From an uncultured Candidatus Entotheonella sp. (lineage in GTDB: Bacteria > Tectomicrobia > Entotheonellia > Entotheonellales > Entotheonellaceae), in contig CBDCDA010000001.1 in assembly GCA_965215335.1 (NCBI GenBank), forward strand, positions 1,984,001 through 2,048,000: 64,000 nucleotides of DNA, read 5' to 3'. Shown here piece by piece: positions 30,739 through 40,678 of the stretch; the first letter of the stretch is position 1; every line of letters starts with the position of its first letter. Position numbers and translations under genes: made by a program. The notes under the pieces are model-generated. The model saw only the letters and a program-made list of their open reading frames with translations, searched no databases and was not told the origin of the DNA.

Positions 30739-31034
30739 TCAGCCCGGCCCCTGTCCTGCGAAGAATAGCCGCCAGAGCAACGCAAGCACGGCGAGCGCCG
30801 GCGGTGTATTGAAGGCAAGCATGGGTTTGCTTTCCCGTTGAGCGCCTTTAAGTCCCCCCGCAGAACCTCAATTTTCGTGTTTACGTCCGCCCGCAGCACT
30901 CCCAGGTCCGCCTTGGTGGCCAATTGCTCCGTATCGGCATGCACCAACGCCCTGACGATCGCGGCAGCCCGTGGTTCCGGCATGCCGCCGCCCAGGAGGT
31001 CCGTCTTGAGTGCCAGCGTGTCGATCAATGGCAT
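30739..31034 (-). pseudogene. DUF1640/CCDC90-like small coiled-coil membrane protein, frameshifted near 30825
   Basis: IDTLAL..L..GGMPEPRAAAIV..LATKADL head/neck; hydrophobic tail ALAVLALLWRLFF in another frame; RBS GGAGGAG. Confidence 0.6.
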
Positions 31035-31054
31035 GGCGACTCCTCCGGTTGCTC

Positions 31055-31870
31055 TCACCAGGCCATCAGGTCGCGCTCGCGGCGGTCGGTGATGAACATG
31101 TGGCCGGGCGCGTGGGTGAGGGCGATGCCAGGCTTGGTCTGCATCATGACCGCCTGGGGCGTGACGCCGCAGGCCCAGAAGACGGGCACCTCGTCGGGTT
31201 CCAGGGGCAGGGGGTCGCCGAAGTCGGGCTTCTGCAGGTCGTCGATGCCCAGCGCCGCCGGGTCGCCGACGTGGACCGGGGCGCCGTGCACGGACGGGAA
31301 GCGGCCGGTGATCTGCACGGTGTGCACGACCTGGGATTGCGCGATGGGGCGCATGCTGACGACCATCGGGCCTTGGAAGCATCCGGCGGGCTTGCAGGGG
31401 CGGTTGGTGACGTACATGGGAACGTTGCGGCCCAGTTCCAGGTGTTTGAGGCGAATGCCGGCCGCCAGCAACGGATGCTCGAAGGTGAAGCTGCAGCCCA
31501 GCAGAAAGCTGACCATGTCGTCCCGCCAATACGCCGACAGGGTGTCGGTCTCATCGCTCAGCTCGCCGTTGCGGTACACCCGATAGCGCGGCACGTCGGT
31601 GCGCAGATCGGCGCCGGGGGCCAGTTCGCGCGGCTCGCCGGCGCCGGCGTCCAGGACTTCCAGCAGTGGGCAGGGTTGCGGGTTGCGCTGGCAGAAGAGC
31701 AGGAAATCGTAAGCCAGGGCGCGGGGAACGATGGCCACGTTGGCCTGCGTATAGCCCGGCGCCAGGCCGGCCGTAGGGGAGCGCCACTCTCCGGCGCGAA
31801 TGAGCGCGCGCAGTTGCCGGGGTGTCCGGTCCGCCAAGTCGCGCAGGGTGGGCTGGACGACGACCATCAC
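31055..31870 (-). CDS. DUF1445 putative hydro-lyase (YcsI / D-glutamate cyclase-like)
   Basis: [57 protein letters not shown]. Confidence 0.9.
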   Translation of the reverse strand: MMVVVQPTLRDLADRTPRQLRALIRAGEWRSPTAGLAPGYTQANVAIVPRALAYDFLLFCQRNPQPCPLLEVLDAGAGEPRELAPGADLRTDVPRYRVYRNGELSDETDTLSAYWRDDMVSFLLGCSFTFEHPLLAAGIRLKHLELGRNVPMYVTNRPCKPAGCFQGPMVVSMRPIAQSQVVHTVQITGRFPSVHGAPVHVGDPAALGIDDLQKPDFGDPLPLEPDEVPVFWACGVTPQAVMMQTKPGIALTHAPGHMFITDRRERDLMAW

Positions 31871-32064
31871 GCGACTCCTTCGGCCTCGTGCCCTGCGGCA
31901 GAGGCGGCAGTTTCCAGTCGGGCAACCAGGTCGTCCGAGCGTTCCAGGGCGGCTTCGACGGAGCCGTATGCCGGCCAGAAACGGAACAGAATCGCCAGTC
32001 CCAGGCTGGCACCCAGGCAGAGCACCGCGAATATCGTCAACGTCACGCCTGTCGTCATCTTCAT
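31867..32064 (-). CDS. Small hypothetical membrane protein
   Basis: 65 aa with one TM segment; RBS GAAAGG; stop overlaps the DUF1445 start. Confidence 0.55.
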   Translation of the reverse strand: MKMTTGVTLTIFAVLCLGASLGLAILFRFWPAYGSVEAALERSDDLVARLETAASAAGHEAEGVA

Positions 32065-32114
32065 CCTTTCGTCGTAGTTGAGTCGATGCTGGGGCATCTC
32101 ATCGGGTGGCTTTC

Positions 32115-33809
32115 CTAGGCGCTGCTCAGCACCACGCGCTCTTGGTACTCGCCGAAAATGCCGCGCAGGGTGTCGGCAATCTCGCCCAGGGTGGCGTAAC
32201 TCTCGACTGCGGCGATCAGCGGCGGCATCAGGTTGTCGGTGCCGCGTGCGCGCTGCCCCAGGGTTTGCAGAGCGGCGGTCACCTTGTGGTTGTCGCGTTG
32301 CGCGCGCAGGGCTTGCAAGCGGGCGATCTGCTGCTTTTCGAGGGCGGGATCAATCTGCATGATCGGCGGGGTGGCGTCTTCTTCCGTGATGAAGGCGTTC
32401 AAGCCGACGATGAGCCGCGTTTTCGCCTCGATTTCCTTCTGATACGTGTAGGCGCTCTGCTGAATTTCGTGCTGTGGAAAGCCGGATTGGATGGCCTTGA
32501 CCGCGCCGCCCATGTCGTCGATCTGCTGGATATAGGCGCGCGCGCCTGCCTCGATGGCGTCCGTCAGCGCTTCGATGGCATAGGAGCCGCCGACCGGGTC
32601 GATGACTTTGGCGACGCCGGTTTCGTGGGCGATGATCTGCTGGGTGCGCAGGGCGATCTGCACGGCCTCCTCGGTGGGCAGGGCGAGGGCCTCGTCGCGC
32701 GAATTGGTGTGCAGGGATTGGGCGCCGCCGAGGATGGCCGCCATGGCCTGGATGGCGACCCGAACGATGTTGATGTTCGGCTGCTGGGCGGTCAGGCTGC
32801 TACCGGCCGTCTGGGCGTGGAAGCGCAGCATCTGGGCGCGCGGATTGCATGCCCGGAAGCGGTTGCGCATGATGCGGGCCCACAGCCGCCGCGCCGCCCG
32901 GAATTTGGCGATTTCTTCCAGGAAGTCGTTGTGCACGTTGAAGAAGAAGGAAAGCTGCGCGCCGAAGGTATTGACGTCAAGCCCGGCTTCGAGCGCCGCC
33001 TCGACGTAAGCGATGCCGTTGGCCAGCGTAAAGGCGACCTCCTGCACCGCGGTGGCGCCCGCCTCGCGGATGTGGTAGCCGCTGATGCTGATGGTGTTCC
33101 AGCGCGGCAGCGCCTCTTGCGCGTAGGCGAACACGTCGGTGATCAGCCGCATGGAGGGGACCGGTGGATAGATGTAGGTGCCGCGGGCGACGTATTCCTT
33201 GAGGATGTCGTTCTGAACGGTGCCGGTGAGCTTGGCGGGATCGACGCCCTGCTTCTTGGCCATGGCGACGTAGAGGGCCAGCAGCGTGGCGGCCGTGGCG
33301 TTGATGGTCATGGAGGTGCTGACGCGGTCGAGCGGGATGCCGTCGAAGAGCGTTTCCATGTCCTGCAGCGAGGCAATGGCCACGCCTACCTTGCCGACCT
33401 CGCCGGCGGCCCTGGGGTGGTCCGAGTCATAGCCGATCTGGGTGGGCAGGTCGAAGGCGACGCTCAGCCCTTTCTGGCCGCGCTCCAGCAGGAACTTGTA
33501 CCGCTGGTTGGAGGCTTCCGCGGTGCCGAACCCGGCGTACTGGCGCATGGTCCACAGGCGCCCGCGGTACATGGTCGGATGGATGCCGCGGGTAAACGGG
33601 AACTGACCGGAAAAGTTGAGGTCCTCAAGGTAGGCGTCTTCCGACCGGTCCAACGGCGTGTACAGGCGGGAAACCGGCAGCCCCGAAAGGGTCTTGAACG
33701 CCAACTGCCGTTCCGGTGCCCGCGCCAGGGCAGGCTCGACAACCTCCGTGTCCCACTGCCGGTACAGGTCGGCAATGTCTGCCAGCCCATTACGTCTTTC
33801 TCGGGCCAT
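32115..33809 (-). CDS. Methylmalonyl-CoA mutase, substrate-binding subunit (no B12-binding domain)
   Basis: [67 protein letters not shown]; ends ATLGEI..LR..FGEY. Confidence 0.93.
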   Translation of the reverse strand: MARERRNGLADIADLYRQWDTEVVEPALARAPERQLAFKTLSGLPVSRLYTPLDRSEDAYLEDLNFSGQFPFTRGIHPTMYRGRLWTMRQYAGFGTAEASNQRYKFLLERGQKGLSVAFDLPTQIGYDSDHPRAAGEVGKVGVAIASLQDMETLFDGIPLDRVSTSMTINATAATLLALYVAMAKKQGVDPAKLTGTVQNDILKEYVARGTYIYPPVPSMRLITDVFAYAQEALPRWNTISISGYHIREAGATAVQEVAFTLANGIAYVEAALEAGLDVNTFGAQLSFFFNVHNDFLEEIAKFRAARRLWARIMRNRFRACNPRAQMLRFHAQTAGSSLTAQQPNINIVRVAIQAMAAILGGAQSLHTNSRDEALALPTEEAVQIALRTQQIIAHETGVAKVIDPVGGSYAIEALTDAIEAGARAYIQQIDDMGGAVKAIQSGFPQHEIQQSAYTYQKEIEAKTRLIVGLNAFITEEDATPPIMQIDPALEKQQIARLQALRAQRDNHKVTAALQTLGQRARGTDNLMPPLIAAVESYATLGEIADTLRGIFGEYQERVVLSSA

Positions 33810-34210
33810 CTCGCAACTCCTGATCGTGATTGGGTTCGGCGTGTTGTTATTGACTTGAAAAAACCGCCGGCGGAGCGTAGCTGAAACAGCCCGGCAACTA
33901 TACAATGCAACGTTTGGCATATCCAGCCCCCGTTGCTGGCGAATTGGCGATCAGATGCCGAGCGTTCGATACCGTACTCAAGGCTTTTCCCCGTTCGTTG
34001 TCGAGGTAGATCAGTCTGACACACTACCTGGAGCTGCCGTAGAATGCTGACGTGAAGAAGCTTGTTGCGGTGCCGACGACATGCCCATCGCCTTCCAGAA
34101 GAAATCCGGACAGCAACAGATGTTGAACCCATGCGGGTGTTTTGATACGTTACTCAGCCCTGTAAGGCGTCTTTCTGTTCAGGACGATCATCGGAGGAGT
34201 AGCATGACCC

Positions 34211-34885
34211 ATGCGCCTGGGCATTCTGGGTGACATTCACGGCTATCTGCCCGGCAGCGACGTGCTGGGGGTGGACTTTGCGGTGCACCTGACGCAGACG
34301 CTGCAGGTGGATGCCTTTCTGCAGGTGGGCGACATGTGTCATTATCGCTCGTTCGCCCGCCCGGTGTATTGGATCATCGGCAACAACGACTGGCCGGACG
34401 TGGTGCGGCAGGTAGAGAGCGGCGAGCGCTCGTTGCAGCATCTCCATAACGTCAAGACGGGTGAGGCGGTGACTCTGACCAAGGACGTTGAGACCGTCCG
34501 CATTGCCGGCTTGAACGGCGCCTATGACGACTTGTATTACGGCCTCGGTCCAGAAGGACCGAGGCCCGTTGAAAGCCTGGCGTATTTCGTGCGTGAAGAT
34601 GTCGACAGGTGCCTGGCCCTGCAGCAGATCGACGTGTTTCTGGCGCACGGCTGCCCCGCCGGCCTGGGTTACGGGCGCGAGCCGGACTACGGCGTGCCCG
34701 CCATCCGGGAAATCCTCGACGCCGTGCAGCCGCGCGTCATGTTCTGCGGCCACGCCCACTTCTACCGCGAAGTCCGCAGCGGCGCCAGCACCGTCTACTC
34801 ACTCGACGAATTGAAGCACGAATACTACGTCTTCGACACCGCCACGGACGCCCTGGAGCGCTTCCCGAGCCTGGTGACGCCATGA
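34211..34885 (+). CDS. Calcineurin-like metallophosphoesterase
   Basis: GDIHG, VGD, GNND, LAHG, CGHAH motifs; RBS GGAGGAG. Confidence 0.85.
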   Translation: MRLGILGDIHGYLPGSDVLGVDFAVHLTQTLQVDAFLQVGDMCHYRSFARPVYWIIGNNDWPDVVRQVESGERSLQHLHNVKTGEAVTLTKDVETVRIAGLNGAYDDLYYGLGPEGPRPVESLAYFVREDVDRCLALQQIDVFLAHGCPAGLGYGREPDYGVPAIREILDAVQPRVMFCGHAHFYREVRSGASTVYSLDELKHEYYVFDTATDALERFPSLVTP

Positions 34886-35364
34886 TGCGGACGGCCATCG
34901 CCCGCAACCCCGACGTCCTGATGGAACCGATGCTGGCCGGCGACCTCGACGCCGTTCTCGCCATCGAGCACAAATCCTTCAGCATGCCCTGGACCGGCGC
35001 CATGTTTCTCTCCGAAATGCGGCAGGGTCCGAATTCCCGACTGCTGGTGGCGCGTCTGGAGAAGCGGCCCGCCACGATCGTCGGCTACGTCGGCTACCGC
35101 GCGGTACTGGATGAAATGCACGTCATGATCCTTGCCGTGGCGCCGGCCTGGCGTCGGCGGGGCATCGCGCAGCGCATGCTGTCGGAAGCCATGCAACAGG
35201 CGCAGCAGGCCGCCTGCGCCCGTGCCATCCTGGAAGTGCGGGCTTCGAATACTGGCGCCCAGCAGCTTTACTATCGCCTCGGGTTCGTCCCGGTCGGCAT
35301 TCGCCCCCAGTATTACAAGCGCCCGAGCGAGGATGCCCTGATTCTGTGGCGCGACCCGCTGTGA
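34882..35364 (+). CDS. rimI: Ribosomal protein S18-alanine N-acetyltransferase
   Basis: DLDAVLAIE..SF..PW, LAVAPAWRRRGIA, LEVRASN, LY..LGF, YY..EDALI. Confidence 0.88.
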   Translation: MMRTAIARNPDVLMEPMLAGDLDAVLAIEHKSFSMPWTGAMFLSEMRQGPNSRLLVARLEKRPATIVGYVGYRAVLDEMHVMILAVAPAWRRRGIAQRMLSEAMQQAQQAACARAILEVRASNTGAQQLYYRLGFVPVGIRPQYYKRPSEDALILWRDPL

Positions 35365-35399
35365 AACCGCAACGCATGAAGAATCACGGAGATTTGCAG

Positions 35400-36167
35400 A
35401 TGGCAGATGAGGCGGAGATCACTCGTTTGCAGCAGGCCGTGGAGGCCGATCCCGCGGACGCCGAGACGCATTTGGCGCTGTTGCAAATGCTCGTCGAGGC
35501 GGAGCGCTGGAAGGAGGCTGAGGCAGTCGGTGACGGCCTGCTTCAGGACGAATCGCCGGCCGCCGAGGCGCACGCCCTCATGGGCATCGTGTACAGCAAG
35601 GACAGGAATTGGGACGCCGCCGTGGGGCAATGCCGTCAGGCGCTCGAAAGGCAGCCCGACGCCCCGCTCGTGCTGTTCAACCTCGGCACGCTGCTGGTAC
35701 GGCAGGGCGATCCGCAGGCAGCCATCGAACACCTTGAGAAGGCCATTGAACTGCAGTCGGGCTGGGCCGAGGCGCACTACGCGCTCGGGACGGCCCTGCT
35801 CCACCGAGAGCGCTACCGCGAGGCGATCAACGCCTTCGACGAAGCCCTCGAATTGCGCCCGACGTATCCCGAGGCCGAGTTCAATCGCGGCAACGCCTAT
35901 GCCATGCGCGGGCTGGAGCCCAACGGAACGATGGATTACTACGAGCTCGATTGCGCGGTGCAGGCGTACAAGAAGGCCATTCAACAGCGGCCCGGCTACC
36001 CGGCGGCGCTCTACAACCTGGGCATGGTCTACAAGCGTATGAACTCGTCCGAGGGCCTGCGCGTGTGGGACGAGTACATGGAAGCCGCGCGTCCCCTGCC
36101 CGAAGAGACGATCTGGTGGGCGCGGGCGCAGGAGTTCAAGGCCGATCTGCAGGACCGGCTGCAGTAA
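35400..36167 (+). CDS. Tetratricopeptide repeat protein
   Basis: Several 34-aa TPRs (AEAHYALG, PEAEFNRG, AALYNLG). Confidence 0.85.
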   Translation: MADEAEITRLQQAVEADPADAETHLALLQMLVEAERWKEAEAVGDGLLQDESPAAEAHALMGIVYSKDRNWDAAVGQCRQALERQPDAPLVLFNLGTLLVRQGDPQAAIEHLEKAIELQSGWAEAHYALGTALLHRERYREAINAFDEALELRPTYPEAEFNRGNAYAMRGLEPNGTMDYYELDCAVQAYKKAIQQRPGYPAALYNLGMVYKRMNSSEGLRVWDEYMEAARPLPEETIWWARAQEFKADLQDRLQ

Positions 36168-36194
36168 GTCTGTGGGAGAGGCGCACCCCGGCCT

Positions 36195-36710
36195 ATGGAC
36201 CCGAACCCTTCAGCAGGACAGTCCGACACGCGGCTGAAATTCATGCGCATCGTCGGGGGCGTGGCGGTGGCCCTGGTGATAGCCCTGGTGGTCGGTACGT
36301 ACGCTGCGCCGCATGTGGGTCGCATGGCGGACATCGTCCTGAACCACACTTGGCATCGCGACTGGACGGGTTTGACCCTGCCCGCCGATGAGGCGTTCTT
36401 CGATCTCTCAACCCCGTTTCTGGCCGTGCGTAGCTATTACAGTGCGCTCTACCAGGGCGACGTGACGCACTTGGCGGAATTGGCCGTGGCTCCCTTCCAG
36501 GAGCAGCTGCGCCTGCGCTTGCAGCACGCCGAGACGCCGGCCAGCGCGCACCGTATCATCTACCGCAGCTACCTGTTCACGGTGCTGCAGGGCGGCGGCA
36601 GGGCAGTGGTGACCGAGAAGTTTCACCTCTTCTGGCAGCGTGGCCTGCGCTTTCAGCTGCAGCGAACGCACGCCGGCTGGTCTATCGCCGGCGTGGCTCT
36701 GGTGCAGTGA
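36195..36710 (+). CDS. Hypothetical protein with N-terminal membrane anchor
   Basis: TM segment IVGGVAVALVIALVVG; in-operon spacing. Confidence 0.6.
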   Translation: MDPNPSAGQSDTRLKFMRIVGGVAVALVIALVVGTYAAPHVGRMADIVLNHTWHRDWTGLTLPADEAFFDLSTPFLAVRSYYSALYQGDVTHLAELAVAPFQEQLRLRLQHAETPASAHRIIYRSYLFTVLQGGGRAVVTEKFHLFWQRGLRFQLQRTHAGWSIAGVALVQ

Positions 36711-36741
36711 CGATCCCGCCTTGCCTCCAACGGAGCGTCGC

Positions 36742-37551
36742 ATGCCTCTTATTGACGCCCACTGCCACCTTGACGCCCCCGCCTATAGCGACCCCGCCGC
36801 CGTCTGCCGCCGGAGTGCGCAAGCCGGGGTGGAGATAATCGTTGCGGCGGGTACCGGGTTGGCCTCCAACCGCAAAATTCTGGCCTTGCAACAGCAACAA
36901 CCGGCGCATGTGTGGGTGGCCTTGGGCTTGCACCCGGAGCGCCCCGGGGCGTCCTGGGAAGAGGTGGAAGCGGTACTCGCCCAATTGCGCGCGCAGCGTG
37001 ACCGGGTGGTCGCCTTGGGGGAGGTCGGCCTGCCGCACTACGCCCTGCTGGACCGTTCCATGACGGCCGGGCAGGCGCAGCAGCACGAAGCCTTTCTGCA
37101 CGCCCTGGTGAGAGGTGCCGTGGATTTGGCTCTGCCGGTCGTCCTGCACGCGCCGCACGCTGCTGCTGCCAGGGCGTTGGCCATCGTGCGGCGCTACGAG
37201 CCGTCCGGCGTCGTGTTCCACTGGCACAAAGGCGGCCCGGACACGACTGCGGCGATCTGCGAGGCGGGTTATTTCCTGTCCGTGACCCCGGAGGTCTGTT
37301 ACCGGGAGCGCGACCGGGAGCTGGTGCGGGCGACGCCGCTCCGCAATCTGCTGCTGGAAAGCGACGGCCCCTGGCCATACGGCGGCGAGTTCGCCGGCCA
37401 ACTGACCACGCCCGCCAGGGTCGCCCGCCTTGCCGCCGAGGTGGCACGTCTCAAAGGTGTACCGCGGGAAGAAGTCCGGGAAGTGGTATGGGAGAATGCC
37501 CGGCACCTCTTTGGCCGCGGTGGGTCAGGGTCTGAGATCGGCTTTGGATGA
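36742..37551 (+). CDS. tatD: TatD-family hydrolase/nuclease
   Basis: IDAHCHL, GLHP, ALGEVGL, PVVLH, VFHW, LLESDGP. Confidence 0.85.
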   Translation: MPLIDAHCHLDAPAYSDPAAVCRRSAQAGVEIIVAAGTGLASNRKILALQQQQPAHVWVALGLHPERPGASWEEVEAVLAQLRAQRDRVVALGEVGLPHYALLDRSMTAGQAQQHEAFLHALVRGAVDLALPVVLHAPHAAAARALAIVRRYEPSGVVFHWHKGGPDTTAAICEAGYFLSVTPEVCYRERDRELVRATPLRNLLLESDGPWPYGGEFAGQLTTPARVARLAAEVARLKGVPREEVREVVWENARHLFGRGGSGSEIGFG

Positions 37552-37571
37552 TGACGCCGGGAAAAGAAGGT

Positions 37572-39137
37572 TCACGGTCGTGGTTGCGTCCTCCGAAAGA
37601 ACAGCGCCAGCGCGATGCCGGCCAGCGAGATCACCACGAAAACCCCGAAGCAATCATTGAAGGCCAGTAACAACGCTTCCTGGTCAACGAAACGGCCCAG
37701 CAGGAACCTGGCTTGGGTTGCGGGTGCCGACGCGATACCGAGTTGCTCGGACAGCGTCTCGAACACCCGCAGCCCGTGCTGCGTTCCGACTGCCGGGAGC
37801 GCCTGCGTCTCGGCCAATACCGCCTGGTGCATTCGATGCCGCTGATCCAGCAAGGCCGCCAGCAGCGAAACCGCCAGCGCACCGCCGAGCACGATGCACA
37901 GGTTGAGGATCGTGGTCGCCGTTTTCCCCTGCGCCGTCGGCAGACCGCTGATGCCGACCGGGTAGAGCACCGGAAAGGACAGCCCCAACCCCAGCCCGCG
38001 GCCAAAGTAAATCAGCAGGATGGCCAGCAGCGACACCCTCAGATCGGCGAACATCATCAGCGCGCCGAACGTGCCGTAGCACAGGTAGCCCAGGACCATC
38101 AGCACGCGTGTGTCAATGCGGTCGCTGGCCCAGCCGGTGAGCGACGTAAACAGGACCATGAACGCCGAGCTCGGGAACATGACGAGCGCCGTGTGCCACA
38201 CTGACAGGTCATACGCCTGCTGCAGAAACAGCGACAGCAGGAACGGTCCACCGTTGAACATCGCTCCGGCAATCAGGGCGAGAACAAGGGCGATGGCGTA
38301 GGGCCGGCTGCGTAGCGCCCCGAGGTCGATCAACGGCACGCTGACGTAGGACTCCAGCAGCAGAAAGGCCAGCGACGCCAGGCCGCAGATGGCAAACAAC
38401 GTGATGATCTGCATGCTGTCCCATCCCAGGCGTTGGCCGTCACTCAGCGCCAGGAGCAGGGTTGCCAGGGCGGTGGACAGGGTCAGAAATCCCCACCAGT
38501 CAAACGGCACGCCCCACTGGCGCGGCGACCGGCGCATGATGAAGACGGCGATCAGCAGCGCCACGATCCCCGCCGGCACGCTGATGAAGAACGCGGCGCG
38601 CCAGTTCAACCACTCGGTGACGAGGCCGCCCAGCGGAATGCCCGTGAGCGAGCCGCACGACGCCCCCGTGCCCCAGATGGCCGTACCCAGGCCACGCTTT
38701 TCCGCCGGAAAGATGTCCAGCATCAGCAGCATGGTCACCGGCATGATGACGCCCCCGCCAAGCCCCTGCACGACGCGCAGGCCGACCAGCAGCCAGACGT
38801 TGCTCACCAGGCTGCACAGCACCGCGCCGCCGGTGAATACCGCCAGCCCAACGATGTACAACTCGCGAGCGCCCAGCGTCCGGCTGATCCAGCCGACGAG
38901 CGGAATCACCACCGCGTTGGCCAACATGTACGCCGTCACCACCCAGCGGATGGTCACCACGTCGGTGCCCAAATCGCTCATCATGTTGGGGATGACGATA
39001 TTGATCACGTGCTGGTTGAGGACACTGATATAGCCGCCCAAGACGATGGACGTCATGGACCAGAAGACGTAGCCGGGAGGATAGGGCGGGGCACTTTCGG
39101 TGGCGGACGGGACGACTGATCGGGGCCGTGTTTGCAT
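37572..39137 (-). CDS. DHA2 (EmrB/QacA) MFS efflux permease
   Basis: WVVTAYMLA, RVVQGLGGG, WRAAFFISVP, FDWWG, AFNDCF; ~14 TM. Confidence 0.9.
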   Translation of the reverse strand: MQTRPRSVVPSATESAPPYPPGYVFWSMTSIVLGGYISVLNQHVINIVIPNMMSDLGTDVVTIRWVVTAYMLANAVVIPLVGWISRTLGARELYIVGLAVFTGGAVLCSLVSNVWLLVGLRVVQGLGGGVIMPVTMLLMLDIFPAEKRGLGTAIWGTGASCGSLTGIPLGGLVTEWLNWRAAFFISVPAGIVALLIAVFIMRRSPRQWGVPFDWWGFLTLSTALATLLLALSDGQRLGWDSMQIITLFAICGLASLAFLLLESYVSVPLIDLGALRSRPYAIALVLALIAGAMFNGGPFLLSLFLQQAYDLSVWHTALVMFPSSAFMVLFTSLTGWASDRIDTRVLMVLGYLCYGTFGALMMFADLRVSLLAILLIYFGRGLGLGLSFPVLYPVGISGLPTAQGKTATTILNLCIVLGGALAVSLLAALLDQRHRMHQAVLAETQALPAVGTQHGLRVFETLSEQLGIASAPATQARFLLGRFVDQEALLLAFNDCFGVFVVISLAGIALALFFRRTQPRP

Positions 39138-39239
39138 GTTACAATGGTTTCTGTTTCAAGGTGTCATGAGCTGTCCGCAGTCTACACGAGCGCCGGACGG
39201 ACGAACAACCTGAACCCCGCGGCGCAGAGGAGACGTATC

Positions 39240-40673
39240 ATGTCCGGTTCCATCGAAGCGTACTTCCGGCAGATTGCCCCGGCGGTGGACTTTTGTTCCC
39301 TGCGCCTGGTCAGCGAGTGCTCCGAGCTTCTCGCGGTACGGCAGGACGTCCTGCAGCCGGTCGTCACCTCGGAAGATCGCGGCGTCATGCTCACCGTGTG
39401 GGACGGCGGCGGCATGGGCTATGCCGCCGCCAGCGATCTCAGCCCCAGCGGCCTGCGCTTAGCGGTTGACGAGGCGCGCCAGTGGGCGCGCGACAGCGCC
39501 ACCCACAGCGCGGTGGACTTTTCGAAGATCGTCATGGAACCGCCGCAGGGCGACTACGCCAGTCTGGAGGCCGAACCCTGGCAGAACGTCCCGCTGGCCG
39601 ACAAGATCGACCTGCTGCAACGCGAAAGCGCCCGCCTCAAGATCGATCCGCGCATCGTCGATTGGGAAGCCTCGCTGTGGCATACCGACGTTGAGACTCT
39701 CTACCTCACCGCCGACGGCGGGCGCGTGCACCAATTGTTCCGTACCCTCGTGCCCGCGCTCAGCGCTACCGCCAACGACGGCCCGGAAACGCAGACCCGC
39801 ACCTTCGGCGGGCGCGGCTATTGCCGCCAGGGCGGCCTCGAGGTCCTCGACCACCTCGGTTTCCGCCAGGCCGCGCCGCGTATCGCCGAGGAAGCCATCC
39901 AGCTCCTTCTGGCGCCCAATTGCCCCGCCGGCACCATGGACGTGCTGTTGGCACCCGACCAGATGATCCTGCAAATCCACGAGTCGATCGGCCACCCACT
40001 GGAGCTCGACCGCATCCTCGGCGACGAGAGAAACTACGCTGGCACCAGCTTCGTCACCCCCGACATGTTCGGCACCTACCGCTACGGCTCCGACTTCCTC
40101 AACGTCACCTTCGACCCCACGCAGCCGGAAGCGTTCGCCAGCTACGGGTTCGACGACGACGGCCAGCCGGCGCGGCACGCCTATCTCATCCGCAACGGCA
40201 TCCTGCAGCGTGCCCTCGGCGGCATCACCTCGCAGGTGCGCGCCGACGTGCCGGGCGTGGCGACTTCCCGCGCCTGTGGCTGGAACCGGCCACCGATTGA
40301 CCGCATGGCGAACCTCGACCTCGAGCCGGGTGATGCCAGCCTCGACGCCATGGTGGGCGCCGTGCAAGGCGGTATTTTCATGCGGACGAACTGCTCCTGG
40401 TCCATCGACGACTCGCGCAACAAATTCCAGTTCGGCTGCGAGTGGGGACAATTGATCGAGGACGGGCGTCTGACCACGGTGGTGAAAAAGCCGAACTACC
40501 GGGGCATTTCCGCGACCTTCTGGCGCAACCTGGCAATGGTGGGCAACCGGAGCACCCTGGAGATCATGGGGACGCCGTTCTGCGGCAAGGGCGAGCCCAA
40601 TCAGATGGTCCGCGTCGGCCACGCCTCCCCCGCCTGCCTGTTCACCAACGTCGAGGTATTCGGAGGGGAATAG
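39240..40673 (+). CDS. tldD: TldD/PmbA family metalloprotease, catalytic TldD-like subunit
   Basis: HESIGHPLELD (HExxxH), YGFDDDG, PIDRMAN, CGKGEP. Confidence 0.88.
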   Translation: MSGSIEAYFRQIAPAVDFCSLRLVSECSELLAVRQDVLQPVVTSEDRGVMLTVWDGGGMGYAAASDLSPSGLRLAVDEARQWARDSATHSAVDFSKIVMEPPQGDYASLEAEPWQNVPLADKIDLLQRESARLKIDPRIVDWEASLWHTDVETLYLTADGGRVHQLFRTLVPALSATANDGPETQTRTFGGRGYCRQGGLEVLDHLGFRQAAPRIAEEAIQLLLAPNCPAGTMDVLLAPDQMILQIHESIGHPLELDRILGDERNYAGTSFVTPDMFGTYRYGSDFLNVTFDPTQPEAFASYGFDDDGQPARHAYLIRNGILQRALGGITSQVRADVPGVATSRACGWNRPPIDRMANLDLEPGDASLDAMVGAVQGGIFMRTNCSWSIDDSRNKFQFGCEWGQLIEDGRLTTVVKKPNYRGISATFWRNLAMVGNRSTLEIMGTPFCGKGEPNQMVRVGHASPACLFTNVEVFGGE

Positions 40674-40678
40674 GCGCC

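Noticed and set aside
33860..34200. Lower-GC gap as possible ncRNA or gene relic
   Set aside because: No recognisable motif, structure or protein similarity; consistent with a divergent promoter region
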